DNA of 64,000 bases from NCBI GenBank assembly GCA_963789955.1, contig CAWBMV010000020.1, positions 32,001 through 96,000 on the forward strand. The letters are read 5' to 3'. Position 1 is the stretch's first letter. Each line of letters begins with the position of its first letter. Position numbers and translations under genes: made by a program. Below the pieces are notes generated by a model. It did not search any database and was not told the DNA's origin. It was given only the letters and a program-made list of their open reading frames with translations. The DNA comes from an uncultured Candidatus Rokubacteria bacterium. Lineage in GTDB: Bacteria > Methylomirabilota > Methylomirabilia > Rokubacteriales > CSP1-6. Below, in pieces: positions 49,246 through 60,175 of the stretch.

Positions 49246-49937
49246 CGCTCCTCCGCCCCGGGCTCTGGCCGCGGCGCGCGCGGGCCGAAGATCGCCGTGC
49301 CGACCCGGACCATCGTCGCGCCTTCCTCGATCGCCACCTCGAAATCGCCGCTCATCCCCATCGAAAGCTCGCTGAAGCTGTAGCGCTCCCCGAGCTTTCG
49401 CAGCGCGCGGAACCACACGCGCGAGTCGTCGGGATCCTTCGCCTCGGGCGGGATCGCCATGAGTCCCCGCACCTTCAGGGACGGCATGGCCGCGACCGCG
49501 TCGAGGAGCTCGCCGAGCCCGTCGGGCGCCACGCCGCCCTTGGACGCCTCGGCGGCGACGTTGACCTCGACCAGCACGTCGACGGTCCGGCCGCGGGCGC
49601 GCGCCCGCTTGTCGAGCTCCTTCGCCAGGTCCAGGCGGTCGAGCGAGTGGATGACGTCGAACAGCTCGAGCGCGTCGCGCACCTTGTTCGTCTGCAGGTG
49701 GCCGATCAGATGCCACGGCACCGGACGTCCGAGCTCGCTCACCTTGTCGCGCGCCTCCTGCACCCGGTTCTCGCCGAGCGCGGCCACCCCGGCGTCGATC
49801 GCCTGCCGGATCCGCGCCACCTCCACGGTCTTCGAGACACCGATCAGCAGCACGTCCGAGGCGCGCCGGCCCGCGCGCTCCGCGGCCCGGGCGACCCGTT
49901 CACGTACCCGATCGAGATTGGCGCGAATATCGGTCAT
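49242..49937 (-). CDS. yggS: PLP homeostasis protein
   Basis: VSKT, GENRVQE, HLIGHLQTNK, LSMGMSGD, VRVGTAIFG. Confidence 0.95.
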   Translation of the reverse strand: MTDIRANLDRVRERVARAAERAGRRASDVLLIGVSKTVEVARIRQAIDAGVAALGENRVQEARDKVSELGRPVPWHLIGHLQTNKVRDALELFDVIHSLDRLDLAKELDKRARARGRTVDVLVEVNVAAEASKGGVAPDGLGELLDAVAAMPSLKVRGLMAIPPEAKDPDDSRVWFRALRKLGERYSFSELSMGMSGDFEVAIEEGATMVRVGTAIFGPRAPRPEPGAEER

Positions 49938-50009
49938 GGCAGGGTGATTCTAACAGGGGGCGGTCTGGCGGGGGAGGGCAAGGGCCGGGCCGCACCCCGA
50001 GCCCCGGCC

Positions 50010-50760
50010 TCAGGGCAGCGCGGCGAGCGTGACCAGGCGGCCGCGGTTCCCCCGCCGGTACGAGTACAGAAGCTCCGGATGGCACGCGGTGCAGAGCCTC
50101 GGGTTCTCGATCGCCGACGGCGCCACGCCCGCTTCGACCAGTAGCGCCTCGTTGGCCGACCAGAGATCGAGCATCACGTGGCCGGCGCGTGACGGCGTAG
50201 CCCACGCGCGCCAGCGCTCGCCGAACGCGCGCGCAAATTCCGCCGTGACCGGCTCGTCGACCTCATAGCAGCACGGTCCGATCGACGGCGCGATCGCGAC
50301 CCGCAACGAGCCGACTTGGCCGCCGACCTCACCGATCGCCCGCACCGCCCTCTGAGTCGCACCCTTCACCGTGCCGCGCCAGCCGACGTGCGCGACCGCC
50401 AGCGCGCGCGCCAAGGGATCGCAGAGCACGATCGCGAGGCAATCGGCGGTGAAGATCGCGAGCGGCACGCGGCGTTCCGCGGTGACGAGAATGTCCACCA
50501 ACCCCGCGAATCCCCCAGCCGGCCGGGACCCGCGCCACGTCCGCCCCGTGCACCTGCCGCGCATAGCCGACCCGGCTCAGCTCGAGCCCAGTAGCTCCGA
50601 GGATCTCGACAGCCTCAGCCCGAAACGGCGGCTTCGGAGCCTCGGGAACGATCGGCTCCGCAAACGAAGTGATCCCCGGACAATGGCGAGTCGTCGTCGC
50701 ATGCGGCACGTCGAGCTCGGTGAGCGAAGCGAACGTGAAGATACTCGGCCGGCCGACCAT
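50010..50760 (-). CDS. pgeF: Peptidoglycan editing factor PgeF/YfiH (frameshift near 50520)
   Basis: QVHG, TADC, AHVGWRG, PSIGPCCYEV, CTAC..SYRR. Confidence 0.9.
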
Positions 50761-50802
50761 GGGAAACGAGCTGTGCAGTCACGAGCGTCAAGTATGAACC
50801 GA

Positions 50803-50862
50803 CGGGTCGCCGGCCGGGGGACGGGGTTGGGAGGGGGAGTTTGGTCCCCCTCCCGGTGACCC
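50803..50862 (-). terminator. Hairpin downstream of ftsZ
   Basis: GGGAGGGGGA-GTTTGG-TCCCCCTCCC, with outer GGGTCGCCGG / CCGGTGACCC. Confidence 0.5.
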
Positions 50863-52037
50863 TAGTCGGCTTGACGGCGCAGGAACGCGGGGACTTCGAG
50901 ATCCGCGCCGTCGCCCATGGCCTCTTCGGCTTCGCCCCGCGGATCGGCGAACTTCCGCCGCCACGGCGCCACCGGCGCGGGCGCCGACGACGGAACCGAG
51001 CGCGACGGCCGCGGCAGATCGACGACCTTGCCGCCGAGTCCCACCGTTTCCTTCTTGTCGGCGAAGCCCGTCGCGATCACCGTCATGCGCACCTCGTCCG
51101 AGAGCTGCGGATCGATGACGGCGCCGAAGATGATGTGCGCCTCTTCGTGCGCGGCTTCCTGGACGATGCGCGCCGCTTCCTCGACCTCGTGAATCGACAG
51201 ATCGGCGCCGCCGGTGAAGTTGATCAAGATGCCGCGCGCGCCCTCGATCGAGGTCTCGTCGAGCAGCGGACTGGCCACGGCTTTCTGCGCGGCGTCCAGC
51301 GCGCGATTCTCGCCCTTGCCGGTGCCGGTGCCCATCATCGCGAGCCCCATGCCGGACATGATCGTGCGGACGTCGGCGAAGTCGAGATTCACGAGCCCGG
51401 GCACCAGGATCAGGTCCGAGATGCCCTGCACCGCCTGCTGGAGCACCGAGTCGGCGACGCGAAACGCGGCGATCAGCGGCGTGCCGCGATCGACCACCGA
51501 GAGCAGCCGCTGATTCGGGATCGTGATCAGCGTGTCGACGACGCCGCGCAGCGCCTCGAGGCCGGCCTCGGCCTGGAGCATGCGCTTGCGGCCCTCGAAC
51601 GTGAACGGCTTGGTCACGACGGCGACCGTCAGGATGCCGAGATCCTTCGCGAGCGACGCGACGACCGGCGCCGCGCCGGTGCCGGTACCGCCGCCCAGGC
51701 CCGCGGTGATGAAGACCATGTCGCAGCCGGCGAGCAGTCGCGTGATCTGATCGGGATCTTCCTGGGCCGCGCCGCGCCCGACGTCCGGGTTCGAGCCGGC
51801 GCCGAGGCCTTGGGTGAGCTTGGCGCCCAGCTGGATCTTGACCGGCGCCGGGGAGGCAGCGAGGGCCTGGAGGTCCGTGTTGGCCACGATGAACTCGACC
51901 CCCGTGAACTGCGCGGCCATCATGCGGCTCACCGCATTGCCGCCGCCCCCGCCGAGCCCGATGACTTTGATCTTCGCGGCCTGTGTCGTTTGCGGTTCGA
52001 GCTCGAAGAGCGGGCGCCGCGCGCGATCCTTCTCCAT
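50862..52037 (-). CDS. ftsZ: Cell division protein FtsZ
   Basis: [24 protein letters not shown]-terminal [11 protein letters not shown]. Confidence 0.98.
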   Translation of the reverse strand: MEKDRARRPLFELEPQTTQAAKIKVIGLGGGGGNAVSRMMAAQFTGVEFIVANTDLQALAASPAPVKIQLGAKLTQGLGAGSNPDVGRGAAQEDPDQITRLLAGCDMVFITAGLGGGTGTGAAPVVASLAKDLGILTVAVVTKPFTFEGRKRMLQAEAGLEALRGVVDTLITIPNQRLLSVVDRGTPLIAAFRVADSVLQQAVQGISDLILVPGLVNLDFADVRTIMSGMGLAMMGTGTGKGENRALDAAQKAVASPLLDETSIEGARGILINFTGGADLSIHEVEEAARIVQEAAHEEAHIIFGAVIDPQLSDEVRMTVIATGFADKKETVGLGGKVVDLPRPSRSVPSSAPAPVAPWRRKFADPRGEAEEAMGDGADLEVPAFLRRQAD

Positions 52038-52138
52038 CCCATCCTCCTGTGAGTGATCGCCGGAGGGTACGCCTCCGGCCGCGTGAACGGTTCATGTCCG
52101 GCGTGAACAAGTGCGGCTGACGCCCGTCTCGACCCGAC

Positions 52139-53377
52139 TTAGAAGAGGTCACCGAGGAATCCAGTCACGAGCCGTGCGAACCGGCCCACGGGTCCCGGAA
52201 CTCCGGCGGACTCGCCGGACCCGCGTGTCCGCGCGCCGTAGAGCGCCAGGCCGACTCCGGTGGCGTAGATCGGGCTCTCGATCACGTCCGCCATGCCGCC
52301 GATGCCGATCGGCACGCCGCGGCGCACGGGTTGATCGAAAATACCCTCGGCGAGCTCGGGAACTCCCTCCATGATCGACGTGCCTCCCGTGACGACGACG
52401 CCCGCCGTCGCCGCGTCCTGGAATCCGGCGCGGGCGAGCTCGCGCGCCACCAATGTGAAGAGCTCCTCGACGCGCGGCTGGATGATCTCCGAGAGGAGCT
52501 GCCTCGAGAGCTGTCGCGGCTTGCGGCCGCCGACCGACGGAACGTCGACGGTCTCCTCGGCCGGCACCAGTGCCGTCAGCGCGCAGCCGTAGCGCTTCTT
52601 GATGTCCTCGGCGTCCGCGGTCGGCGTGCGCAGCCCGATCGCGATGTCGTTGGTGATGTGGTCGCCGCCGAGCGGCAAGACGACCGTGTGCCACACGGCG
52701 CCGTCGCGCAGCAGCGCGACGTCGGTCGTCCCGCCGCCGATGTCGATCACGAGGACTCCGAGCTCCTTCTCGTCGTCGAACAGGACGGCCTCCGCGGAGG
52801 CGAGGGGCTCGAGCACGATGTCCTGCACGGCCAGGCCGGCGCGATTCACCGAGCGCACCACGTTCTGGACCGACGTGACCGTCCCCGTCACGATGTGCAC
52901 CTCGACCTCGAGGCGCACGCCCGACATGCCGATCGGCTCACGGACGCCGTCGCCGTCGTCGACGGTGAAGCTCTGCGGGAGCACGTGGATGATCTCGCGG
53001 TCCTGCGGGAGATTGATGGCCCGCGCCGCCTCGATCACGCGCTCGACGTCGGCGTCGCCGACCTCGTGGTTCTTGCCGGTGATGCCGACGACGCCGCGGC
53101 TGTTCACGCCGCGGATGTGGCCGCCGCCGATGCCCGCGAACGCGCCCGCGACCTCGACGTGCGCCATCAGCTCGGCCTCGGCGATCGCGGCCTTGATGGC
53201 CTCGACCGTCGAGTCGATGTTGACGACGATCCCGCGCCGGAGCCCGCGCGACGGCGCGGTCCCGACGCCGAGCACATTCAGGACACCGCGCGGTCCGGGC
53301 TCGGTGATGATCGCGCACACCTTCGTGGTGCCGACGTCGAGGCCGACCACCAGGTCCGGCGCCTTCGAGCGCTTCAT
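52139..53377 (-). CDS. ftsA: Cell division protein FtsA
   Basis: GLDVGTTKV, IDIGGGTT, GGDHITNDIA, VTGG, YATGVGL. Confidence 0.96.
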   Translation of the reverse strand: MKRSKAPDLVVGLDVGTTKVCAIITEPGPRGVLNVLGVGTAPSRGLRRGIVVNIDSTVEAIKAAIAEAELMAHVEVAGAFAGIGGGHIRGVNSRGVVGITGKNHEVGDADVERVIEAARAINLPQDREIIHVLPQSFTVDDGDGVREPIGMSGVRLEVEVHIVTGTVTSVQNVVRSVNRAGLAVQDIVLEPLASAEAVLFDDEKELGVLVIDIGGGTTDVALLRDGAVWHTVVLPLGGDHITNDIAIGLRTPTADAEDIKKRYGCALTALVPAEETVDVPSVGGRKPRQLSRQLLSEIIQPRVEELFTLVARELARAGFQDAATAGVVVTGGTSIMEGVPELAEGIFDQPVRRGVPIGIGGMADVIESPIYATGVGLALYGARTRGSGESAGVPGPVGRFARLVTGFLGDLF

Positions 53378-54225
53378 CGGGCGGCGCCCCGCTGGAAGAC
53401 CACCTGATCGCGGAACCGGAGATCGACCGTGCGCACGTCCTGCGTCGCGATCTGCGTCAGCACGCCCTCGAGGCGCGCCAGACGCTCGTCCCAGTCCTCG
53501 GTGCCCAGCCGCACCTCGACGCCGTCGATCGTGTAGAGGACCGGCCCCTCGCGGCGGCTCATGTCGATCTCCGAGATCTCGGCGGTGAGCCCGGTCCCGC
53601 TTCGCAAGAGCGCGCGGATCACGCCGATCGCCGCGCGGGCCTTCGGCCCGGGCGAGGTCCGCATCGACGCGAGCTCGTCCGCCGACAGGCCGCTGATGAC
53701 CGGCATCGGGGGCGCCACCGCCTCGGGCGAGGCGCCGAGCAGGCGTCCTTCCTCGTCCATCCAGTGCAGCCGCCCGCCGTGGACCAAGGTGAACGGCCGC
53801 CGTTCCTCGACGCTGATCACGACCCGGTTCGGCAGCTCGCGCACGACGTCGGCGCGGCGTACCTCCGGCAGCGACTCCACGCGGCCGATCACGCCCATGG
53901 TGTCGAGCTTGAAGATGTTGCTGCCTCGCGGGATCGCGGCCACCGCGAGGATCTGGTCGGCCGGGACGCGCGAGACGCCGCGGACCTCGACGCTCGCCAC
54001 CGCGAAGCGCTGCGTCGTCAGCAGCCAGTGCAGCGCTCCACCGCCCGCCGCGGTGATCACGACGATCGCGAGGACGACGCCGAGCAGCCGGCGCACACGG
54101 GCGCGCCGTGCGGGCCGCGGGCGCTTCGAGCGCCCCACGCGCTGACCGGCGACGAATACCGAGCGTTCGCCCATATCGGCGAGCACCGACGCTCGGCTCC
54201 TCGGCGAGCTGAGACCGCTCGGCAT
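53374..54225 (-). CDS. ftsQ: Cell division protein FtsQ/DivIB
   Basis: Single TM, POTRA domain, VDLRFRDQVV; position. Confidence 0.9.
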   Translation of the reverse strand: MPSGLSSPRSRASVLADMGERSVFVAGQRVGRSKRPRPARRARVRRLLGVVLAIVVITAAGGGALHWLLTTQRFAVASVEVRGVSRVPADQILAVAAIPRGSNIFKLDTMGVIGRVESLPEVRRADVVRELPNRVVISVEERRPFTLVHGGRLHWMDEEGRLLGASPEAVAPPMPVISGLSADELASMRTSPGPKARAAIGVIRALLRSGTGLTAEISEIDMSRREGPVLYTIDGVEVRLGTEDWDERLARLEGVLTQIATQDVRTVDLRFRDQVVFQRGAAR

Positions 54226-55104
54226 CTACTCGCCGATGATCCTGATCTCGTTCTCGAGCGCGACCGAGAAATGCGACTGCACGCGCTCGCGCGTCAGGTC
54301 CATGAGCGCCAGGATGTCCGCCGCGGTCGCGCCGCCGCGGTTCACGATGAAGTTGGCGTGCTTCGACGAGATCTCGGCGCCGTTGATGCGCTTGCCCTTG
54401 AGACCGCACTTCTCGATCATCCGCGCGGCGACGTCGCCGGCCGGGTTCTTCCAGACGCAGCCGGCCGAGGCGAGCGCCAGCGGCTGGGTGGACTTCTTCA
54501 CCTTGAGCCGCGCCTTCATCTCCTTCTGAATCTCGGCCAGGGGCTTGCGATGCAGGCGCAGGCGGCAGCCGATCAGCACGGCGCCGACCGGTGCGTTGAA
54601 GTTGCGATAGGTGAACGCGCCGGGCGCCGGCTTGAATTCACCGAGCGAGCCGTCCGGATGCAGGAAGTACACGGCGCTGACGAAATCGCCGATCCAGCCG
54701 TCGGCCGTCCCGGCGTTCATCGCCAGGGCGCCGCCGATCGTGGCCGGAATCCCGACCAGGCACTCGATGCCGCCGAGATTGAGCGCGGCCGCTTCGCGGA
54801 TCAGCGCGGAGAGCGACACGCCGGCGCCGGCGATCGCCTCCTCACCGTGGAACTCGGCGCGCCCGAGGCAGCCTTCGAGCCGCAGGACGACGCCGCGCAC
54901 CCCGCGGTCCTTCACCAGCAAGTTGTTGCCGCCGCCGATCACCGAGACCGGCAGCTGCTCGCGCTCGGCGAACATGAGCGCGTGCCGAATGTCGTCCACG
55001 TCCTGTGGCACGACGAAGATGTCGGCGGTGCCGCCGATGCGGAGCGAGGTGTGGAAGCTCAGAGGCTCCTTGAACCGTACTTCCCCCCGAATCTCTCCTA
55101 GCAT
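54226..55104 (-). CDS. murB: UDP-N-acetylmuramate dehydrogenase
   Basis: HTSLRIGG, GGGNN, GIPATIGGALAMNAG, SAGCVWKNP, KHANF. Confidence 0.95.
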   Translation of the reverse strand: MLGEIRGEVRFKEPLSFHTSLRIGGTADIFVVPQDVDDIRHALMFAEREQLPVSVIGGGNNLLVKDRGVRGVVLRLEGCLGRAEFHGEEAIAGAGVSLSALIREAAALNLGGIECLVGIPATIGGALAMNAGTADGWIGDFVSAVYFLHPDGSLGEFKPAPGAFTYRNFNAPVGAVLIGCRLRLHRKPLAEIQKEMKARLKVKKSTQPLALASAGCVWKNPAGDVAARMIEKCGLKGKRINGAEISSKHANFIVNRGGATAADILALMDLTRERVQSHFSVALENEIRIIGE

Positions 55105-55117
55105 GTGGCCCTCCCAG

Positions 55118-56497
55118 TCAACGAGTCGCGTCCAAGCGCTTCAGCAGCTCCGGGCCGAGCTGGCTCACGTCGCCGGCGCCGAGCGTGATCACGAGATCGC
55201 CACGACGGACGATCTCCGCGAGATGCTCGACGATGCGCGTGCGGTCGCTGCCGAGGTAAGTGACATCGCGATGGCCATGCGAGCGGATCCCGTCCGCGAG
55301 ATCCCGGCCCGAGACACCGGGGATCGACGGCTCGCCGGCCGCATAGACGTCCATCACGATCAGCACGTCAGCCAGATTGAACGCCGTGAGGAACTCTTGC
55401 CGCAGGTGCAACGTTCGCGTGTAGCGGTGCGGCTGGAACACCGTCACGACCCGGCAGTCGAACCCGGCCTTGGCGGCGGCCAGGGTCGCCCGGATCTCGG
55501 CGGGATGGTGGCCGTAGTCGTCGACCACCGTGACGCCGCGCGAGCGGCCGAGGATCTGAAACCGGCGCTGGACTCCGGAGAAGCCGGCCAGCGCTTTCTG
55601 GATCGTGGCGAACGGGATTTCGAGGTCGAGCCCGACACCGACCGCCGCGAGCGCGTTGAGCACGTTGTGGCGCCCCGGGATCTGGAGGGTGACCTCGCCG
55701 AGCAGGCTCTCGCGCTGATAGACCTCGAAGCGGCTGGTCATGCCCGAGAGCTGCAGCCGGCGCGCGACGAGGTCCGCGCCCGACTCGAGCCCGTACGAGA
55801 TGATCCGCTTCTCGATGCGCGGGATCAGGAGCTGGATGTTCGGCTGATCCAGGCACAGCACCGCCGAGCCGTAGAACGGCACCTTGTTGACGAACGCGAC
55901 GAACGCGTCGCGGATCGCGTCGAGGCTCCCGTAGTGGTCGAGGTGCTCGGCGTCGACCGTCGTGACGACCGCGATCGTCGGCGCCAGCTTCAGGAACGAC
56001 CCGTCGGACTCGTCGGCCTCGGCGATGAGGAATTCGCCCTGGCCCAGCCGCGCGTTCGAGCCGAGGCTCGACACTCGCCCTCCCACGACGATCGTCGGAT
56101 CGAGGCGGCCCTCGGCCAGGACGGCGCCGACCATCGACGTCGTGGTCGTCTTGCCATGCGTGCCCGCCACCGCGATGCCGTACTTGAGGCGCATCAGCTC
56201 GGCGAGCATCTCCGCGCGCGGGATCGCCGGGATCTGGCGCTCGCGCGCGGCCTGGACCTCGACGTTGTCCCGCGAGACCGCCGAGGAATAGACGACGACG
56301 TGCGCGCCCTCGACGTTCGAGGCCTGGTGGCCGATGAACACCTTCGCGCCGAGCTCGGCGAGCCGCTCGACCGCGTCACCCTTCTTCTGATCGGAGCCGG
56401 TCACGCGATAGCCGAGGTTCAGCAAGATCTCGGCGATGCCGGACATGCCGATCCCGCCGATCCCCACGAAGTGGATCTGCTGGTAGCGCTTAAACAT
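55118..56497 (-). CDS. murC: UDP-N-acetylmuramate--L-alanine ligase
   Basis: [36 protein letters not shown]. Confidence 0.97.
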   Translation of the reverse strand: MFKRYQQIHFVGIGGIGMSGIAEILLNLGYRVTGSDQKKGDAVERLAELGAKVFIGHQASNVEGAHVVVYSSAVSRDNVEVQAARERQIPAIPRAEMLAELMRLKYGIAVAGTHGKTTTTSMVGAVLAEGRLDPTIVVGGRVSSLGSNARLGQGEFLIAEADESDGSFLKLAPTIAVVTTVDAEHLDHYGSLDAIRDAFVAFVNKVPFYGSAVLCLDQPNIQLLIPRIEKRIISYGLESGADLVARRLQLSGMTSRFEVYQRESLLGEVTLQIPGRHNVLNALAAVGVGLDLEIPFATIQKALAGFSGVQRRFQILGRSRGVTVVDDYGHHPAEIRATLAAAKAGFDCRVVTVFQPHRYTRTLHLRQEFLTAFNLADVLIVMDVYAAGEPSIPGVSGRDLADGIRSHGHRDVTYLGSDRTRIVEHLAEIVRRGDLVITLGAGDVSQLGPELLKRLDATR

Positions 56498-57587
56498 GGG
56501 CTTGCTGGGAGATGTTCAGCAGCACTCCCGTCGAGAGCATCGTGACCAGCAAGGCCGAGCCGCCGAACGAGATGAACGGCAGCGGCAGTCCCTTGGTCGG
56601 CAAGAGCCCGGTGACGACACCGAGGTTCACCAGCACCTGGGTGGCGATCAGCATGGTGATCCCGAGGGCCAGGTAGCCGCCGAAGGGATCGGGCGCGCGC
56701 AGGCCGATCCGGAGACCGCGCCAGATCAAGACCACGAAGAGCGCCACGATGATGAGCGCGCCCACCAGGCCCAGCTCCTCGCCGACGATCGCGAAGATGA
56801 AATCCGTGTGCGACTCGGGAAGGTAGAAGAGCTTCTGGCGAGACGCGCCGATGCCCTGGCCGAAGATCCCGCCGTTCCCGAACGCCAGCCACGACTGGAT
56901 GATCTGGAATCCGCTGCCGCGCGGATCCGACCACGGATCGATGAACGCGACGATGCGGCGCAGCCGGTACGGCGCGACCCAGATCGCCACCGCGAGCGGC
57001 GGCAATGCCGCCAGCACGATGAGCCCGAGGTGGCGCGCGTGGCCGCCGGCCAGGAACAGCAACGTGAACGTGAGCGTGATGAGCGTGAGACAGTTGCCGA
57101 GATCCGGCTGCGCCAGCACGAGCAGCGCCAGGAGCCCGGCCACGGCGAGCGGCGGCACGAGCCCGCGCCGGAAGTCCGAGATCTCTTCGCCCTTCTTCGC
57201 GAGGAACGCCGCGAGATACACGACGAGCGCCAGCTTGGCGAGCTCCGCCGGCTGAAACGAGACGGGGCCGAGGCGGATCCAGCGCCGGGTGCCGTTGATC
57301 GCCTGGCCGAACGGCGAGACGAGCACGAGCACCAGGAGCACGCCGGCGAAGATCAGGAGCGGCAACACGAACCGCTCGAGCCGGCGATAGTCGATGCGGA
57401 TCGCCATCCACATGCAGGCGGCGCCGAGCAGCGCCCAGAAGATCTGCTTCTTGAGGAAGAAGTACGGATCGTGGAAGCGATCGGCCGCGACGATCGCGCT
57501 CGCCGAATAGACCATCACCACGCCCGCCGAGAGCAGGACGACGGCGACGCCGAAGAGCCAGATGTCGGGCGCGAGCTTCCTGGGCAT
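56490..57587 (-). CDS. ftsW: SEDS glycosyltransferase FtsW
   Basis: [45 protein letters not shown]. Confidence 0.95.
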   Translation of the reverse strand: MPRKLAPDIWLFGVAVVLLSAGVVMVYSASAIVAADRFHDPYFFLKKQIFWALLGAACMWMAIRIDYRRLERFVLPLLIFAGVLLVLVLVSPFGQAINGTRRWIRLGPVSFQPAELAKLALVVYLAAFLAKKGEEISDFRRGLVPPLAVAGLLALLVLAQPDLGNCLTLITLTFTLLFLAGGHARHLGLIVLAALPPLAVAIWVAPYRLRRIVAFIDPWSDPRGSGFQIIQSWLAFGNGGIFGQGIGASRQKLFYLPESHTDFIFAIVGEELGLVGALIIVALFVVLIWRGLRIGLRAPDPFGGYLALGITMLIATQVLVNLGVVTGLLPTKGLPLPFISFGGSALLVTMLSTGVLLNISQQAHV

Positions 57588-57589
57588 TA

Positions 57590-57638
57590 GGTGGAATGGG
57601 GGGGAGCGAGCGCCGCTCCTCCCCCATCCCCCCCCACC
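57590..57638. repeat. Intergenic GC palindrome between murD and ftsW
   Basis: GGTGGAATGGGGGGGAGCG-AGCGC-CGCTCCTCCCCCATCCCCCCCACC. Confidence 0.55.
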
Positions 57639-57672
57639 GTTCGGAGGAACGTGCGACGCGGCGTTCTCGACA

Positions 57673-59079
57673 TCAGTCGAGCCGCTCCACGATTTTTTTG
57701 AAAACCTCACCGCGATGTTCAAAGTTGTCGAACATGTCGAACGAGGCGCAGGCCGGCGAGAGCAGCACGATGCTGCCCGGCGTCGCGACCGCGCGCGCCC
57801 GATCGACGGCGTCCTGGAGCGACGGGGAGAACGTCACCGGAACGGACGCGGCCCCGAGCGCGGCGCCGATCTTCGCGGCGTCCTCGCCGATGAGGACCGC
57901 GTGCGCGACGCTCCGGCGGGCCGCGGCGGCGAGCGGCTTGAAGTCCTGGCCCTTGCCCTTGCCGCCCGCGATCAGCACGATCGGCTCCGAGAAGCTCTCG
58001 AGCGCCCGCAAGGTCGAGTCGACGTTCGTGCCCTTCGAATCGTTGTAGTACTTGACGCCGGCGAGGTCGCGTACCCATTCGATCCGATGGGCCACGCCGC
58101 GGAAGCGGCCGACCGCCGCGCGGATCGCCGCCGGTGAGACACCCGTCCAGAGGGCGCACGCCGTCGCCGCCAGCACGTTCTCGATGTTGTGCTGGCCGCG
58201 CAGGAAGATCTCCGACAGGGGGCAGATTTCCTCGACGTGACCGTTGAGCTTCGCCGCGATCTGGCCGTCGCGGACGAAGACCCCGTGCGACAGCTCGCGG
58301 CGCCGGCTGAACCACACCACCGGCGCCTTCGCCCGCGAGGCCATCGCCCGTGTCGCCTCGTCGTCGGCGTTCAGCACGGCGCAGTCGGCGGAGGTCTGGT
58401 TGGCGAAGATCCGCGCCTTCGCATCCCCGTACGCCTCGAAGGTCCGGTGACGATCGAGATGGTCGGGGGTGAGGTTCAGCACCACCGCGACCCTCGGCTG
58501 AAAGAGCTCGGTGGTCTCGAGCTGGAAGCTCGACACCTCGCAGACGACCAGCCCGTCGGCCGGGAACGTGAGCGCGTGGGCGGCGAGCGGCGTGCCGATG
58601 TTGCCGGCCACCAGCACCGGCCGCGGCTGCAGCGCCAGGATGGAGCCCGTCAGCGCGGTCGTCGTGGTCTTGCCGTTGGTTCCGGTGATCGCGATCGTGT
58701 CCGCTTCGGTCGCGCGCCAGCCGAGCTCGAGCTCGCCGATGATCGGCACGTGCCGGGCGCGCACCGCCGTGAGCGGCGGCGCGTCGAGGGGGACGCCGGG
58801 GCTCACCACCACCAGCTCGGCGCCGGCGAACGCCGCCATCGGATCCGCGGGCCCGGTGACGAGGCGCACCCCGATCTCGGCCAGCGCCGCCACCTCGCGC
58901 CCGAGGGCCGCGACGGGCTTCGCGTCGGTGCCCACGACGTCGGCGCCGACCGCGCGCAGGAGGCGGGCCGCGGCGACGCCGCTCTTGGCGAGGCCGAACA
59001 CCGTCACGCGACGTCCCGCGAGCGAGCGCAGATATGCCTGACCGCGAGTGGCCATGTCGACCTCGTCGAGCGCGTTCAC
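57673..59079 (-). CDS. murD: UDP-N-acetylmuramoyl-L-alanine--D-glutamate ligase
   Basis: SPGVP, ITGTNGKTTT, EVSSFQL, DHLDRH, NDSKGTN, SPACASFD. Confidence 0.97.
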   Translation of the reverse strand: MNALDEVDMATRGQAYLRSLAGRRVTVFGLAKSGVAAARLLRAVGADVVGTDAKPVAALGREVAALAEIGVRLVTGPADPMAAFAGAELVVVSPGVPLDAPPLTAVRARHVPIIGELELGWRATEADTIAITGTNGKTTTTALTGSILALQPRPVLVAGNIGTPLAAHALTFPADGLVVCEVSSFQLETTELFQPRVAVVLNLTPDHLDRHRTFEAYGDAKARIFANQTSADCAVLNADDEATRAMASRAKAPVVWFSRRRELSHGVFVRDGQIAAKLNGHVEEICPLSEIFLRGQHNIENVLAATACALWTGVSPAAIRAAVGRFRGVAHRIEWVRDLAGVKYYNDSKGTNVDSTLRALESFSEPIVLIAGGKGKGQDFKPLAAAARRSVAHAVLIGEDAAKIGAALGAASVPVTFSPSLQDAVDRARAVATPGSIVLLSPACASFDMFDNFEHRGEVFKKIVERLD

Positions 59080-59086
59080 GCCGCCC

Positions 59087-60166
59087 TCATCGGAGCTTCA
59101 ACGTCGTGATGGCCAGGAGCGCCAGCGCGAACGAGACGATCCAGAATCGGACGACGATCTTCGGCTCGGGCCATCCGGACAGCTCGTAGTGATGGTGCAA
59201 GGGCGCCATGCGAAAGACGCGGCGTCCGGTCATCTTGAAGCTCGCGACCTGGATGATCACCGAGAGCGCTTCCACGACGTAGAGTCCGCCGATCAGCGGC
59301 AACAAGAGCTCGGCCTTCGTCAACACCGCGAGCGTGCCGATCGCGCCGCCCAGGGCCAGCGAGCCCGCGTCGCCCATGAAGATCTCGGCCGGATGACAGT
59401 TGAACCAGAGAAAGCCGATCGCCGCGCCGATCAGCGCGCCGCAGAAGACCGTCAGCTCGCCCGCCCCGCGCACGTTGAGAATCTTCAAGTAGTCGGCCGC
59501 CCGGAAGTTGCCCGTGAGGTACGCGATCACCCCGAAGGCCGCGCCGGCCATGATGACCGGGCCGATCGCCAGCCCGTCGAGGCCGTCCGTGAGATTCACC
59601 GCGTTCGAGGCGCCCACGACGACGAGGATCGTGAACGGAATCCAGAGCCAGCCGAGGTTCACGAGCCAACCCTTGAAGAACGGAATGGCCAGCACCGGCA
59701 GCCAGGCGCTCGGCGGCTGCCAGAACACGAGCTGCAGCACGGCGAAGGCCACCACGACCTGGGCGACGAACTTGACGCGCGTCGAGATCCCCTTGCGGCG
59801 CCGCAGCTTGGTCGCGTCGTCCCAGACCCCGATGAGCCCGAAGCCGCCGGTCGCCAGGACCGCCACCCAGATGTAGCGATTGGCGAGGTTGGCCCAGAGC
59901 AAGGTCGTCGCGATGAGCGCCGTGAGGATGACGAGCCCGCCCATCGTCGGCGTGCCCTTCTTCGTGCGATGCCGCTCGGGCGTGTCCTCCCGGATCGTCT
60001 CGCCGCCGTGCTGCGCGATCCGGAGCCGCCGGATGATCCACGGGCCGACCACCAGCGAGATGATGAACGCCGAGATCAGCGCCATGAACGACCGGAAGGT
60101 CAGATAGCGAAAGACGTTGAAGACGATGTGGTCTTTCGCGAGCGGGACGAGGAGGTAATAGAGCAT
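59087..60166 (-). CDS. mraY: Phospho-N-acetylmuramoyl-pentapeptide transferase
   Basis: KKGTPTMGG, NAVNLTDGLDGL, FMGDAGS, MAPLHHHYE. Confidence 0.97.
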   Translation of the reverse strand: MLYYLLVPLAKDHIVFNVFRYLTFRSFMALISAFIISLVVGPWIIRRLRIAQHGGETIREDTPERHRTKKGTPTMGGLVILTALIATTLLWANLANRYIWVAVLATGGFGLIGVWDDATKLRRRKGISTRVKFVAQVVVAFAVLQLVFWQPPSAWLPVLAIPFFKGWLVNLGWLWIPFTILVVVGASNAVNLTDGLDGLAIGPVIMAGAAFGVIAYLTGNFRAADYLKILNVRGAGELTVFCGALIGAAIGFLWFNCHPAEIFMGDAGSLALGGAIGTLAVLTKAELLLPLIGGLYVVEALSVIIQVASFKMTGRRVFRMAPLHHHYELSGWPEPKIVVRFWIVSFALALLAITTLKLR

Positions 60167-60175
60167 CCGTCCCTT

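Noticed and set aside
52139..54409. 756-aa FtsA and other N-terminally extended ORFs (ftsW, proC, mtnA)
   Set aside because: The extensions overlap upstream genes; true starts are downstream
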